64,000 nucleotides of DNA from Andalucia godoyi And28 (taxonomy: Eukaryota > Protista > Jakobida). The translations under genes were made by a program, and so were the position numbers. The notes under the pieces are model-generated. The model saw nothing but the letters and a program-made list of their open reading frames with translations. It had not been told where the DNA came from and ran no database searches. This document shows, piece by piece, positions 63,768 to 64,000 of this stretch. The stretch is from assembly GCA_009859145.1 (NCBI GenBank), contig VRVR01000055.1, positions 84,062-148,061 of the forward strand, given 5' to 3'. The first letter of the stretch is position 1. The number at the start of each line of letters is the position of its first letter.

Positions 63768-64000
63768 TCATGGTCCTTCCGTTTCTTGCGTCCAAACGCA
63801 CTCTTCCGCCTGCAGAAACGCTTCCCGCGACTGCTCGAACGCGTCTGCGGCCTCGGCTTTCGCAATCTCCTCGGCCTTCTGAATCAGTTCCTCGTGCTCC
63901 GAGCACAGACGCACTCGCTTCCGCGCCCTCTTGGTCTCCTCATTGACGTATTCCTGCAGTGCATTCGCGAGCGTTGTGGACGTGCCCGCTTGTAATTTGC
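63768..64000 (-). CDS. 3' end of a coiled-coil-rich protein entering from the right edge
   Basis: Manual translation KLQAGTSTTLANALQEYVNEETKRARKR..EELIQKAEEIAKAEAADAFEQSREAFLQAEE..EGP* is open from the window edge. Confidence 0.5.
   Translation of the reverse strand, partial: KLQAGTSTTLANALQEYVNEETKRARKRVRLCSEHEELIQKAEEIAKAEAADAFEQSREAFLQAEECVWTQETEGP

Noticed and set aside
1-64000. Non-standard genetic code (TGA or TAR read-through) to explain the internal stops
   Set aside because: Homologous C-termini of the receptor paralogs end at equivalent positions with TAA (10108), TGA (10487) and TAG (24444), so all three act as stops.
1-64000. tRNA, rRNA or snRNA genes
   Set aside because: No T-arm or D-arm consensus with a cloverleaf and no rRNA-like segment was noticed by eye. 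A covariance-model scan would be needed to exclude them.

Overview
Gene-dense, nearly intron-free eukaryotic (microbial/protist-like) nuclear DNA in the standard genetic code. The host lineage cannot be assigned from this window. 1-15 kb: three paralogous receptor-like genes (signal peptide, shared uncharacterised N-terminal prodomain, variable-length 24-aa LRR array, Cys-rich stalk, about 8-9 TM segments). The first has a near-identical, apparently mosaic 72-bp LRR array and runs off the window edge. A 3'-only relic of a fourth paralog lies at 24.4-24.7 kb. Five DNA transposons are present: a hAT with intact ORF, a DD34E IS630/Tc1 element with TIRs and TA TSD, a 480-bp internally deleted hAT, and two related DD35D pogo/Fot1-like elements. 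18-27 kb holds several frame-disrupted genes (Zn2Cys6 factor, HPP protein, secreted protein, nucleotide-diphospho-sugar transferase) and a possible Ig-fold transcription factor. 27.4-31.3 kb encodes a chimeric surface protein with a bacterial-style 7-blade beta-propeller, Cys-rich repeats and one TM. 34.8-63.4 kb is a signalling-rich block: two tandem multi-TM PAS adenylyl cyclases, a biliverdin-type phytochrome hybrid histidine kinase, five paralogous Zn2Cys6 genes (mostly disrupted), a KGG/Con-10-like small protein and an F-box gene. All family calls come from motif recognition by eye; no database searches were run.
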